NCBI RefSeq assembly: GCF_964355755.1 | Contig: NC_092671.1 | Span: 27,416,070-27,480,069 of the forward strand | Length of the DNA stretch: 64,000 bases | DNA from: Antedon mediterranea | Taxonomy: Eukaryota; Animalia; Echinodermata | Direction of reading: 5' to 3' | Shown: piece by piece, positions 50,769 through 64,000 of the stretch | Numbering within the stretch: the first letter of the stretch is position 1 | Layout of the letters: each line of letters begins with the position of its first letter | Position numbers and translations under genes: made by a program | The notes under the pieces: model-generated | What the model was told of the DNA's origin: nothing | Databases searched by the model: none | Seen by the model: only the letters and a program-made list of their open reading frames with translations

Positions 50769-53700
50769 AGGCCTAGGCCTATCTTGTTAATGTTTCCTTC
50801 AGCAGGCCAAGTAGAATGGGGCAGGCTAATTACTGAAAACCACTGAAAGCTAACAGAAAATAAACTGAAAACAACCAAAAGCAGCTGAAAACAACCGAAA
50901 ACCAAACGAAAACAAAATATAAACTAAATAAATACCAAAAAAAACAATGTTTATAATTTTTATTTTAGCAATGTCGCCCTCTATTAATGAGGTATGTTGG
51001 TTTATCAGATGTTGTTATTACAGAAAAAACTCGCACTTTATTAATACAAATATTTATTTATGCAAGTTAAATTAATTAGCGGGGTTTTTTTCTTCAAATT
51101 TATCTTTGTACAGGTCCTGAACTTGTATTATTATATGTATATCTAAACACTTTTCATTGTTAAACTTGGCCTATATAGGCTACTGTAATTGTCTTCTTTA
51201 TGGGTGTATGGCGCGCCTAGGCCTGAAATTGGATACTGTAGATTTTGTTCTTAAATTCATTGATAATAGTACATTCTTTAATTTTGATACATGTTTTTAC
51301 AGTCTATGATATTGTTGAAATTTACCGTAATAATAATTTTATCCAAATATTATTAGGGAAATAAGTAATTTAAACTGAAATATTTTGTAAACTAACCAGG
51401 CCTAGGCCTATCTTGTTAATGTTTCCTTCAGCAGGCCAAGTAGAATGGGGTAGGCTAATTACTGAAAACCACTGGAAATTCTTACCTTTAGTAATTCTTA
51501 CCTTTAGTAAAGTTATAAGGAGCCTCTTCTCTCATATGTGTGTGTGTTTGTCAAGTTTGTTTTTGAATGAGTTTACACTCTTGCTATTGACAACCAATTC
51601 GGGCAGCGAGTTCCACTTGTTAATTATTCTTTTATCAAAAAAAATTTTTCCGTTTAGTTGGAAATAACTGAAAGCTAACAGAAAATAAACTGAAAACAAC
51701 CAAAAGCAAAAGAAAACAAAATAGAAACTAAATAAATACCAAAAAAATAATGTTTATAATTGATTAATGTCGCCATCTATTAAGGAGGTATGTTGATTTA
51801 TCAGATGTTGTTATTACAGAAAAAAACTCGCACTTTATTAATACAAATATTTATTTATGCAAGTTAAATTAATTAGCGGGTTTTTTTTTTTCAAAATTAT
51901 TATTGTACAGGTCCTGAACTTTTATTATTATATGTATATCTAAACATTTTTCATTGTTAAACTTGGTCTATATAGGCTACTATAATTGTATTCTTAATTA
52001 ATGGGTGTATGTCCTAGGCCTGAAATTGTATACTGTAGATTTTGTTCTTAAATTCATTGATAATAGTACATTCTTTAATTTTGATACATGTTTTTACAGT
52101 CTATGATATTGTTGAAATTTACCGTAATAATAATTTTATCCAAATATTATTAAGGAAATAAGTAATTTAAACTGAAATATTTTGTAAACTAACTAGGCCT
52201 ATCTTGTTAATGTTTCCTTCAGCAGGCCAAGTAGAATGGGGCAGGCTAATTACTGAAAACCACTGAAAGCTAACAGAAAATAAACTGAAAACAACCAAAA
52301 GCAGCTGAAAACAACCGAAAACCAAACGAAAACAAAATATAAACTAAATAAATACCAAAAAAAACAATGTTTATAATTTTTATTTTAGGAATGTCGCCCT
52401 CTATTAATGAGGTATGTTGATTTATCAGATGTTGTTATTACAGAAAAAACTCGCACTTTATTAATACAAATATTTATTTATGCAAGTTAAATTAATTAGC
52501 GGTTTTTTTTTTTCAAATTTATCTTTGTACAGGTCCCGAACTTGTATTATTATATGTATATCTAAACACTTTTCATTGTTAAACTTGCCCTATATAGGCT
52601 ACTGTAATTGTCTTCTTTATGGGTGTATGGCGTGCCTAGGCCTGAAATTGGATACTGTAGATTTTGTTCTTAAATTCATTAATAATAGTTCATTCTTTAA
52701 TTGTTATACATGTTTTTACAGTCTATAATATTGTTGAAACTTACCGTGATAATAATTTTACCCAAATAATTTGAAGCTAGTAAGTAATTTAAACTTAAAT
52801 ATTGTTTTTTTTAGCTAGCCTAAAAAGTTATACATGTTTCATTCAGTAGGCCTAAGTAGAATGGGAAAAGCTAAGTTACGGTACTGAAAAAAACAACAAC
52901 CTAAAATTACTGAAAGTAATGTAAAAAAATACTAAAAACAACAACAATTTGATTATTATGTGTATATCTAAAGATTTTAAACTTGTCCTATAGAGGCTAC
53001 TGTAATTGTCTTCTTAATGGGTGTATGGCGCGCCTAGGCCTGAAATTATATACTGTAGATTTTGTTCTTAAATTCATTGATAATAGTACATTCTTTAATT
53101 TTGATACATGTTTTTACAGTCTATGATATTGTTGAAATTTACCGTAATAATAATTTTATCCAAATATTATTAAGAAAATAAGTAATTTAAACTGAAATAT
53201 TTTGTAAACTAACTAGGCCTAGGCCTATCTTGTTAATGTTTCCTTCAGCAGGCCAAGTAGAATGGGGCAGGCTAATTACTGAAAACCACTGAAAGCTAAC
53301 AGAAAATAAACTGAAAACCAAACGAAAACAAAATATAAACTAAATAAATACCAAAAAAAACAATGTTTATAATTTTTATTTTAGCAATGTCGCCCTCTAT
53401 TAATGAGGTATGTTGGTTTATCAGATGTTGTTATTACAGAAAAAACTCGCACTTTATTAATACAAATATTTATTTATGCAAGTTAAATTAATTAGCGGGT
53501 TTTTTTTTTTCAAAATTATTATTGTACAGGTCCTGAACTTTTATTATTATATGTATATCTAAACATTTTTCATTGTTAAACTTGGTCTATATAGGCTACT
53601 ATAATTGTATTCTTAATTAATGGGTGTATGTCCTAGGCCTGAAATTGTATACTGTAGATTTTGTTCTTAAATTCATTGATAATAGTACATTCTTTAATTT

Positions 53701-55922
53701 TGATACATGTTTTTACAGTCTATGATATTGTTGAAATTTACCGTAATAATAATTTTATCCAAATATTATTAAGGAAATAAGTAATTTAAACTGAAATATT
53801 TTGTAAACTAACTAGGCCTAGGCCTATCTTGTTAATGTTTCCTTCAGCAGGCCAAGTAGAATGGAGCAGGCTAATTACTGAAAACCACTGAAAGCTAACA
53901 GAAAATAAACTGAAAACAACCAAAAGCAGCTGAAAACAACCGAAAACCAAACGAAAACAAAATATAAACTAAATAAATACCAAAAAAAACAATGTTTATA
54001 ATTTTTATTTTAGCAATGTCGCCCTCTATTAATGAGGTATGTTGGTTTATCAGATGTTGTTATTACAGAAAAAACTCGCACTTTATTAATACAAATATTT
54101 ATTTATGCAAGTTAAATTAATTAGCGGGTTTTTTTTTTCAAATTTATCTTTGTACAGGTCCTGAACTTGTATTATTATATGTATATCTAAACACTTTTCA
54201 TTGTTAAACTTGGCCTATATAGGCTACTGTAATTGTCTTCTTTATGGGTGTATGGCCTAGGCCTGAAATTGGATACTGTAGATTTTGTTCTTAAATTCAT
54301 TGATAATAGTTCATTCTTTAATTTTTATACATGTTTTTACAGTCTATGATATTGTTGAAACTTACCGTGATAATAATTTTACCCAAATAATTTGAAGTTA
54401 GTAAGTAATTTAAACTTAAATATTGTTTTTTTTAGCTAGCCTAAAAAGTTATACATGTTTCATTCAGTAGGCCTAAGTAGAATGGGAAAAGCTAAGTTAC
54501 TGAAAAAAACAACAACCTAAAATTACTGAAAGTAATGTAAAAAAATACTAAAAACAACAACAATTTGATTATTATGTGTATATCTAAAGATTTTAAACTT
54601 GTCCTATATAGGCTACTGTAATTGTCTTCTTAATGGGTGTATGGCGCGCCTGGCCCTAGGCCTGAAATTATATACTGTAGATTTTGTTCTTAAATTCATT
54701 GATAATAGTACATTCTTTAATTTTGATACATGTTTTTACAGTCTATGATATTGTTGAAATTTACCGTAATAATAATTTTATCCAAATATTATTAGGGAAA
54801 TAAGTAATTTAAACTGAAATATTTTGTAAACTAACCAGGCCTAGGCCTATCTTGTTAATGTTTCCTTCAGCAGGCCAAGTAGAATGGGGTAGGCTAATTA
54901 CTGAAAACCACTGAAAGCTAACAGAAAATAAACTGAAAACAACCAAAAGCAGCTGAAAACAACCGAAAACAAAATATAAACTAAATAAATACCAAAAAAA
55001 ACAATGTTTATAATTTTTATTTTAGCAATGTCGCCCTCTATTAATGAGGTATGTTGATTTATCAGATGTTGTTATTACAGAAAAAACTCGCACTTTATTA
55101 ATACAAATATTTATTTATGCAAGTTAAATTAATTAGCGGTTTTTTTTTTTCAAATTTATCTTTGTACAGGTCCTGAACTTGTATTATTATATGTATATCT
55201 AAACACTTTTCATTGTTAAACTTGCCCTATATAGGCTACTGTAATTGTCTTCTTTATGGGTGTATGGCGTGCCTAGGCCTGAAATTGGATACTGTAGATT
55301 TTGTTCTTAAATTCATTAATAATAGTTCATTCTTTAATTGTTATACATGTTTTTACAGTCTATAATATTGTTGAAACTTACCGTGATAATAATTTTACCC
55401 AAATAATTTGAAGCTAGTAAGTAATTTAAACTTAAATATTGTTTTTTTTAGCTAGCCTAAAAAGTTATACATGTTTCATTCAGTAGGCCTAAGTAGAATG
55501 GGAAAAGCTAAGTTACTGAAAAAAACAACAACCTAAAATTACTGAAAGTAATGTAAAAAAATACTAAAAACAACAACAATTTGATTATTATGTGTATATC
55601 TAAAGATTTTAAACTTGTCCTATATAGGCTACTGTAATTGTCTTCTTAATGGGTGTATGGCGCGCCTAGGCCTGAAATTATATACTGTAGATTTTGTTCT
55701 TAAATTCATTGATAATAGTACATTCTTTAATTTTGATACATGTTTTTACAGTCTATGATATTGTTGAAATTTACCGTAATAATAATTTTATCCAAATATT
55801 ATTAGGGAAATAAGTAATTTAAACTGAAATATTTTGTAAACTAACCAGGCCTAGGCCTATCTTGTTAATGTTTCCTTCAGCAGGCCAAGTAGAATGGGGT
55901 AGGCTAATTACTGAAAACCACT

Positions 55923-56143
55923 GGAAATTCTTACCTTTAGTAATTCTTACCTTTAGTAAAGTTAAGAGGCAATGAGTTTTTAAACTCGTAAGGAGCCTCT
56001 TCTCTCATATGTGTGTGTGTGTGTTTGTCAAGTTTGTTTTTGAATGAGTTTACACTCTTGCTATTGACAACCAATTCGGGCAGCGAGTTCCACTTGTTAA
56101 TTATTCTTCTATCAAAAAAAATTGTTCCGTTTAGTTGGAAATA
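55923..56143 (-). mobile_element. CR1-type LINE 3' fragment embedded in the satellite unit (also ~51474-51667, ~60001-60221, ~61830-62060)
   Basis: FF.RRIINKWNSLPELVVNSKSVNSFKNKLDKH is the typical CR1 ORF2 C-terminus; same insertion point (cactg|aaagct) in four units. Confidence 0.82.
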
Positions 56144-59100
56144 ACTGAAAGCTAACAGAAAATAAACTGAAAACAACCAAAAGCAAAAGAAAACAAAATA
56201 GAAACTAAATAAATACCAAAAAAATAATGTTTATAATTGATTAATGTCGCCATCTATTAATGAGGTATGTTGATTTATCAGATGTTGTTATTACAGAAAA
56301 AAACTCGCACTTTATTAATACAAATATTTATTTATGCAAGTTAAATTAATTAGCGGGGTTTTTTTTTTCAAAATTATTATTGTACAGGTCCTGAACTTTT
56401 ATTATTATATGTATATCTAAACATTTTTCATTGTTAAACTTGGTCTATATATGCTACTATAATTGTATTCTTAATTAATGGGTGTATGTCCTAGGCCTGA
56501 AATTGTATACTGTAGATTTTGTTCTTAAATTCATTGATAATAGTACATTCTTTAATTTTGATACATGTTTTTACAGTCTATGATATTGTTGAAATTTACC
56601 GTAATAATAATTTTATCCAAATATTATTAAGGAAATAAGTAATTTAAACTGAAATATTTTGTAAACTAACTAGGCCTAGGCCTATCTTGTTAATGTTTCC
56701 TTCAGCAGGCCAAGTAGAATGGGGCAGGCTAATTACTGAAAACCACTGAAAGCTAACAGAAAATAAACTGAAAACAACCAAAAGCAGCTGAAAACAATCG
56801 AAAACCAAACGAAAACAAAATATAAACTAAATAAATACCAAAAAAAACAATGTTTATAATTTTTATTTTAGCAATGTCGCCCTCTATTAATTAATGAGGT
56901 ATGTTGATTTATCAGATGTTGTTATTACAGAAAAAACTCGCACTTTATTACCGTAATACAAATATTTATTTATGCAAGTTAAATTAATTAGCGGGTTTTT
57001 TTTTCTCAGTACAGGTCCTGAACTTGTATTATTATATGTATATCTAAACACTTTTCATTGTTAAACTTGGCCTATATAGGCTACTGTAATTGTCTTCTTT
57101 ATGGGTGTATGGCCTAGGCCTGAAATTGGATACTGTAGATTTTGTTCTTAAATTCATTGATAATAGTACATTCTTTAATTTTGATACATGTTTTTACAGT
57201 CTATGATATTGTTGAAATTTACCGTAATAATAATTTTATCCAAATATTATTAAGGAAATAAGTAATTTAAACTGAAATATTTTGTAAACTAACTAGGCCT
57301 ATCTTGTTAATGTTTCCTTCAGCAGGCCAAGTAGAATGGGGCAGGCTAATTACTGAAAACCACTGAAAGCTAACAGAAAATAAACTGAAAACAACCAAAA
57401 GCAGCTGAAAACAACCGAAAACCAAACGAAAACAAAATATAAACTAAATAAATACCAAAAAAAACAATGTTTATAATTTTTATTTTAGGAATGTCGCCCT
57501 CTATTAATGAGGTATGTTGATTTATCAGATGTTGTTATTACAGAAAAAACTCGCACTTTATTAATACAAATATTTATTTATGCAAGTTAAATTAATTAGC
57601 GGTTTTTTTTTTTCAAATTTATCTTTGTACAGGTCCTGAACTTGTATTATTATATGTATATCTAAACACTTTTCATTGTTAAACTTGCCCTATATAGGCT
57701 ACTGTAATTGTCTTCTTTATGGGTGTATGGCGTGCCTAGGCCTGAAATTGGATACTGTAGATTTTGTTCTTAAATTCATTAATAATAGTTCATTCTTTAA
57801 TTGTTATACATGTTTTTACAGTCTATAATATTGTTGAAACTTACCGTGATAATAATTTTACCCAAATAATTTGAAGCTAGTAAGTAATTTAAACTTAAAT
57901 ATTGTTTTTTTTAGCTAGCCTAAAAAGTTATACATGTTTCATTCAGTAGGCCTAAGTAGAATGGGAAAAGCTAAGTTACGGTACTGAAAAAAACAACAAC
58001 CTAAAATTACTGAAAGTAATGTAAAAAAATACTAAAAACAACAACAATTTGATTATTATGTGTATATCTAAAGATTTTAAACTTGTCCTATAGAGGCTAC
58101 TGTAATTGTCTTCTTAATGGGTGTATGGCGCGCCTAGGCCTGAAATTATATACTGTAGATTTTGTTCTTAAATTCATTGATAATAGTACATTCTTTAATT
58201 TTGATACATGTTTTTACAGTCTATGATATTGTTGAAATTTACCGTAATAATAATTTTATCCAAATATTATTAAGAAAATAAGTAATTTAAACTGAAATAT
58301 TTTGTAAACTAACTAGGCCTATCTTGTTAATGTTTCCTTCAGCAGGCCAAGTAGAATGGGGCAGGCTAATTACTGAAAACCACTGAAAGCTAACAGAAAA
58401 TAAACTGAAAACCAAACGAAAACAAAATATAAACTAAATAAATACCAAAAAAAACAATGTTTATAATTTTTATTTTAGCAATGTCGCCCTCTATTAATGA
58501 GGTATGTTGGTTTATCAGATGTTGTTATTACAGAAAAAACTCGCACTTTATTAATACAAATATTTATTTATGCAAGTTAAATTAATTAGCGGGTTTTTTT
58601 TTTTCAAAATTATTATTGTACAGGTCCTGAACTTTTATTATTATATGTATATCTAAACATTTTTCATTGTTAAACTTGGTCTATATAGGCTACTATAATT
58701 GTATTCTTAATTAATGGGTGTATGTCCTAGGCCTGAAATTGTATACTGTAGATTTTGTTCTTAAATTCATTGATAATAGTACATTCTTTAATTTTGATAC
58801 ATGTTTTTACAGTCTATGATATTGTTGAAATTTACCGTAATAATAATTTTATCCAAATATTATTAAGGAAATAAGTAATTTAAACTGAAATATTTTGTAA
58901 ACTAACTAGGCCTAGGCCTATCTTGTTAATGTTTCCTTCAGCAGGCCAAGTAGAATGGAGCAGGCTAATTACTGAAAACCACTGAAAGCTAACAGAAAAT
59001 AAACTGAAAACAACCAAAAGCAGCTGAAAACAACCGAAAACCAAACGAAAACAAAATATAAACTAAATAAATACCAAAAAAAACAATGTTTATAATTTTT

Positions 59101-62100
59101 ATTTTAGCAATGTCGCCCTCTATTAATGAGGTATGTTGGTTTATCAGATGTTGTTATTACAGAAAAAACTCGCACTTTATTAATACAAATATTTATTTAT
59201 GCAAGTTAAATTAATTAGCGGGGTTTTTTTTTCAAATTTATCTTTGTACAGGTCCTGAACTTGTATTATTATATGTATATCTAAACACTTTTCATTGTTA
59301 AACTTGGCCTATATAGGCTACTGTAATTGTCTTCTTTATGGGTGTATGGCCTAGGCCTGAAATTGGATACTGTAGATTTTGTTCTTAAATTCATTGATAA
59401 TAGTTCATTCTTTAATTTTTATACATGTTTTTACAGTCTATGATATTGTTGAAACTTACCGTGATAATAATTTTACCCAAATAATTTGAAGTTAGTAAGT
59501 AATTTAAACTTAAATATTGTTTTTTTTAGCTAGCCTAAAAAGTTATACATGTTTCATTCAGTAGGCCTAAGTAGAATGGGAAAAGCTAAGTTACTGAAAA
59601 AAACAACAACCTAAAATTACTGAAAGTAATGTAAAAAAATACTAAAAACAACAACAATTTGATTATTATGTGTATATCTAAAGATTTTAAACTTGTCCTA
59701 TATAGGCTACTGTAATTGTCTTCTTAATGGGTGTATGGCGCGCCTAGGCCTGAAATTATATACTGTAGATTTTGTTCTTAAATTCATTGATAATAGTACA
59801 TTCTTTAATTTTGATACATGTTTTTACAGTCTATGATATTGTTGAAATTTACCGTAATAATAATTTTATCCAAATATTATTAGGGAAATAAGTAATTTAA
59901 ACTGAAATATTTTGTAAACTAACCAGGCCTAGGCCTATCTTGTTAATGTTTCCTTCAGCAGGCCAAGTAGAATGGGGTAGGCTAATTACTGAAAACCACT
60001 GGAAATTCTTACCTTTAGTAATTCTTACCTTTAGTAAAGTTAAGAGGCAATGAGTTTTTAAACTCGTAAGGAGCCTCTTCTCTCATATGTGTGTGTGTGT
60101 GTTTGTCAAGTTTGTTTTTGAATGAGTTTACACTCTTGCTATTGACAACCAATTCGGGCAGCGAGTTCCACTTGTTAATTATTCTTCTATAAAAAAAAAT
60201 TGTTCCGTTTAGTTGGAAATAACTGAAAGCTAACAGAAAATAAACTGAAAACAACCAAAAGCAAAAGAAAACAAAATAGAAACTAAATAAATACCAAAAA
60301 AATAATGTTTATAATTGATTAATGTCGCCATCTATTAATGAGGTATGTTGATTTATCAGATGTTGTTATTACAGAAAAAAACTCGCACTTTATTAATACA
60401 AATATTTATTTATGCAAGTTAAATTAATTAGCGGGGTTTTTTTTTTCAAAATTATTATTGTACAGGTCCTGAACTTGTATTATTATATGTATATCTAAAC
60501 ATTTTTCATTGTTAAACTTGGTCTATATATGCTACTATAATTGTATTCTTAATTAATGGGTGTATGTCCTAGGCCTGAAATTGTATACTGTAGATTTTGT
60601 TCTTAAATTCATTGATAATAGTACATTTTTTAATTTTGATACATGTTTTTACAGTCTATGATATTGTTGAAATTTACCGTAATAATAATTTTATCCAAAT
60701 ATTATTAAGGAAATAAGTAATTTAAACTGAAATATTTTGTAAACTAACTAGGCCTAGGCCTATCTTGTTAATGTTTCCTTCAGCAGGCCAAGTAGAATGG
60801 GGCAGGCTAATTACTGAAAACCACTGAAAGCTAACAGAAAATAAACTGAAAACAACCAAAAGCAGCTGAAAACAATCGAAAACAAAATATAAACTAAATA
60901 AATACCAAAAAAAACAATGTTTATAATTTTTATTTTAGCAATGTCGCCCTCTATTAATTAATGAGGTATGTTGATTTATCAGATGTTGTTATTACAGAAA
61001 AAACTCGCACTTTATTAATACAAATATTTATTTATGCAAGTTAAATTAATTAGCGGGGTTTTTTTTTCTCAGTACAGGTCCTGAACTTGTATTATTATAT
61101 GTATATCTAAACACTTTTCATTGTTAAACTTGGCCTATATAGGCTACTGTAATTGTCTTCTTTATGGGTGTATGGCCTAGGCCTGAAATTGGATACTGTA
61201 GATTTTGTTCTTAAATTCATTGATAATAGTTCATTCTTTAATTTTTATACATGTTTTTACAGTCTATGATATTGTTGAAACTTACCGTGATAATAATTTT
61301 ACCCAAATAATTTGAAGTTAGTAAGTAATTTAAACTTAAATATTGTTTTTTTTAGCTAGCCTAAAAAGTTATACATGTTTCATTCAGTAGGCCTAAGTAG
61401 AATGGGAAAAGCTAAGTTACTGAAAAAAACAACAACCTAAAATTACTGAAAGTAATGTAAAAAAATACTAAAAACAACAACAATTTGATTATTATGTGTA
61501 TATCTAAAGATTTTAAACTTGTCCTATATAGGCTACTGTAATTGTCTTCTTAATGGGTGTATGGCGCGCCTAGGCCTGAAATTATAATACTGTAGATTTT
61601 GTTCTTAAATTCATTGATAATAGTACATTCTTTAATTTTGATACATGTTTTTACAGTCTATGATATTGTTGAAATTTACCGTAATAATAATTTTATCCAA
61701 ATATTATTAGGGAAATAAGTAATTTAAACTGAAATATTTTGTAAACTAACCAGGCCTATAGGCCTATCTTGTTAATGTTTCCTTCAGCAGGCCAAGTAGA
61801 ATGGGGTAGGCTAATTACTGAAAACCACTGGAAATTCTTACCTTTAGTAATTCTTACCTTTAGTAAAGTTAAGAGGCAATTAAATGAGTTTCTAAAGTCG
61901 TAAGGAGCCTCTTCTCTCATATGTGTGTATGTGTGTGTGTTTGTCAAGTTTGTTTTTGAATGAGTTTACACTCTTGCTATTGACAACCAATTCGGGCAGC
62001 GAGTTCCACTTGTTAATTATTCTTCTATCAAAAAAAATTGTTCCGTTTAGTTGGAAATAACTGAAAGCTAACAGAAAATAAACTGAAAACAACCAAAAGC

Positions 62101-62184
62101 AAAAGAAAACAAAATAGAAACTAAATAAATACCAAAAAAATAATGTTTATAATTGATTAATGTCGCCGTCTATTAATGACAATG

Positions 62185-63290
62185 TAAAAGATATTTTAAA
62201 TAAAACAAATTTTATAGACAAATTTAATCAAGAACCATCTACTAACTGGATAAAGCCATTTAGGAAAATAATAAACAGGTTGATCATAACGAGTGGTTTT
62301 CAAAGGCCCAATGCAAAACAACGTTAACAGAATATACTATGTATAAAGGAACTCCAAACCTTGAACAATATTTATTAGATAAAACTAATTTTAAGAGTAT
62401 TAATTTAAAATTTAAAGCAAGATCAAACTCTCTAGATCTTGAGGGTCGTAGACAATCCTGGTCAAGTCATAACACAGGATTATGTAAGATGTGTAGTACT
62501 AACGAAAAAGAAACAGTAAACCATTTTTTATTTAAATGTCCTTCATTAAACTCTGTTAGAAATGATGTATACTTGGATCTTAAGAACAACCTCATAGACA
62601 ATAATTTAAGTATTTACTGGAATAATTTTAATTGTGGATCTCAAGAATTAAAACCCCACTTTATGCTAGACAATTTATTCACTCAAAATGAAACATTAGG
62701 AGAAATCTGGTAGCAAAGAGTATTAATCTCTGATTGAGTGACATCTCAAAACAGGAATGGCGTAACAATGTTTTTTCTAATTCAATGTGTGATAATTATA
62801 GATATTTTAGGGATGTTTTAGTATTCGAAAAGTCATTAATTTTACTAAAAGATAATGAAAGGATTGATCTCTGCAGGTTCAGATGTGGGAATCATCGACT
62901 TCCGATCTCTAAAAGATACAGTAATGAACACAAAACCAAATGTACTTTATGTAACCAAAACGATACTGGAGACGAATACCACTATTTATTTATTTGCCCC
63001 AAATATACATTCAAAAGTATTATATCACCCGCCCAAATAGAACCAAAATGCACCAATTACTTAATACCAGATCCAAAAAAAAAACTATCAAACTTAGCTA
63101 AATTTATTCATGAAATGTTGTATTTGTTTTAGTTAGATGTTGCTTTTCGATATATCAATTTTGTATAAGACCAAAACAATTATGTCTGGAAGTGTTTAGT
63201 TTGTTATTTTTCAAGATTGAAAGATTGTTCTTTCATACCCTGAAAAGGGTCGTTAAAGAAATAAAGAATCATTGTCATTGTCATTGTCAA
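62185..63290 (+). mobile_element. Two adjacent RTEX-like LINE 3' fragments with CCHC zinc fingers; (CATTGT)n tail
   Basis: CKMC..ETVNHFLFKC and RFRCGNHRLPI...CTLC..GDEYHYLFICP; AATAAA then cattgtcattgtcattgtc at ~63260-63288. Confidence 0.72.
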
Positions 63291-63332
63291 CGCCATGGCC
63301 TATGGCCTACAGAAAGGAGTATGGTCGAACAA

Positions 63333-63415
63333 ATAAAGTATGGCATGAATATAGGCCAAAAATCATGTACTATAATAAAGTATGGCATGAATATAGGCCA
63401 AAAATCATGTACTAT
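63333..63415. repeat. 39-bp tandem duplication
   Basis: aataaagtatggcatgaatataggccaaaaatcatgtactat occurs twice. Confidence 0.9.
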
Positions 63416-64000
63416 CGAATCTGTATATAAATTATTAATACTTGCGTTCGCTATTTGTATTTTATTATTAATTTACATGATTACATCTCTATTGTATTTA
63501 TACAGTATTGTTTGCATTAGATCAATATAAATTTTATTATTAATTTACATGCGAGTCGAATCTTATATTGTAATTTACATCGAATCTTAATATTTCATTA
63601 TAATTTACGTCTTTGTAGTACAGTATTGCATTATTAATTTACGTTTGCGTGGCAAATGTATTTCATTGGCCATTACATTTCTATCCCGGTTTCTGCCCAG
63701 GCGTGGTTGTTTTATAAGTAATATTATGTAAAGTGTTCATGTCATAGTAATATTTGTTTGTAGATTTATCATTTCAACGTAATAACAATTCAAATAAAGT
63801 TTCGATGTGTTGGACTGTTTGTGTTTTCAATAAAGCAACGCAAATTACAACAGAAATATTGTCTAAAGTTACATGTATTGTCTCAAAGTTGTGTTTGATG
63901 TTGCGCGCATTATCACTCTGCGGTAACATATTCGTCTTCAATGTCTTTGTGTACAGGTCTATTATTGCACAAAAATCACGCACGCCAGTCTTTATGTCCA

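Larger units (their letters stand above)
47640..62180. repeat. Complex satellite / macrosatellite with ~600, ~800 and ~1015-bp unit types
   Basis: Anchor atcttgttaatgtttccttcagcaggccaagtagaatgg recurs at about 48522, 50781, 51410, 52201, 53227, 53826, 54849, 55859, 56684, 57301, 58321, 58920, 59937, 60762 and 61766. Confidence 0.97.

Noticed and set aside
55937-62092. Repeated 66-79 aa ORFs as a tandem gene family
   Set aside because: They are CR1 ORF2 tail fragments fused to satellite sequence, with non-ATG starts.

Overview
AT-rich eukaryotic DNA, probably from a marine invertebrate (inference from the repeat families; the host cannot be fixed from sequence alone). The window is almost entirely nested, mostly decayed transposable elements plus tandem repeats, and I find no convincing host gene. 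LTR elements: three Ty1/copia fragments from two families, a BEL/Pao gag-protease remnant and a Gypsy 3' end. LINEs: many Rex1/Babar-, CR1/L2- and RTEX-like pieces, one with a near-complete 852-aa APE+RT ORF. Penelope-like retroelements: three, with hammerhead motifs. DNA elements: several non-autonomous ones and a 6-exon PHD-FLYWCH-MULE transposase pseudogene. Tandem arrays: a 25-bp minisatellite and a ~14.5-kb complex satellite. Most notable observations: an intact-looking minimal hammerhead ribozyme in a Naiad-type element; copia Gag starting inside the LTR and translated through a half-tRNAiMet PBS; TA-CGG-TA / TA-CCG-TA insertions in the satellite that look like transposon excision footprints; and the intron-rich MULE gene between two satellites. 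I cannot support a claim of a wholly new biological system. Coordinates were read by eye and fuzzy boundaries may be off by some bases.
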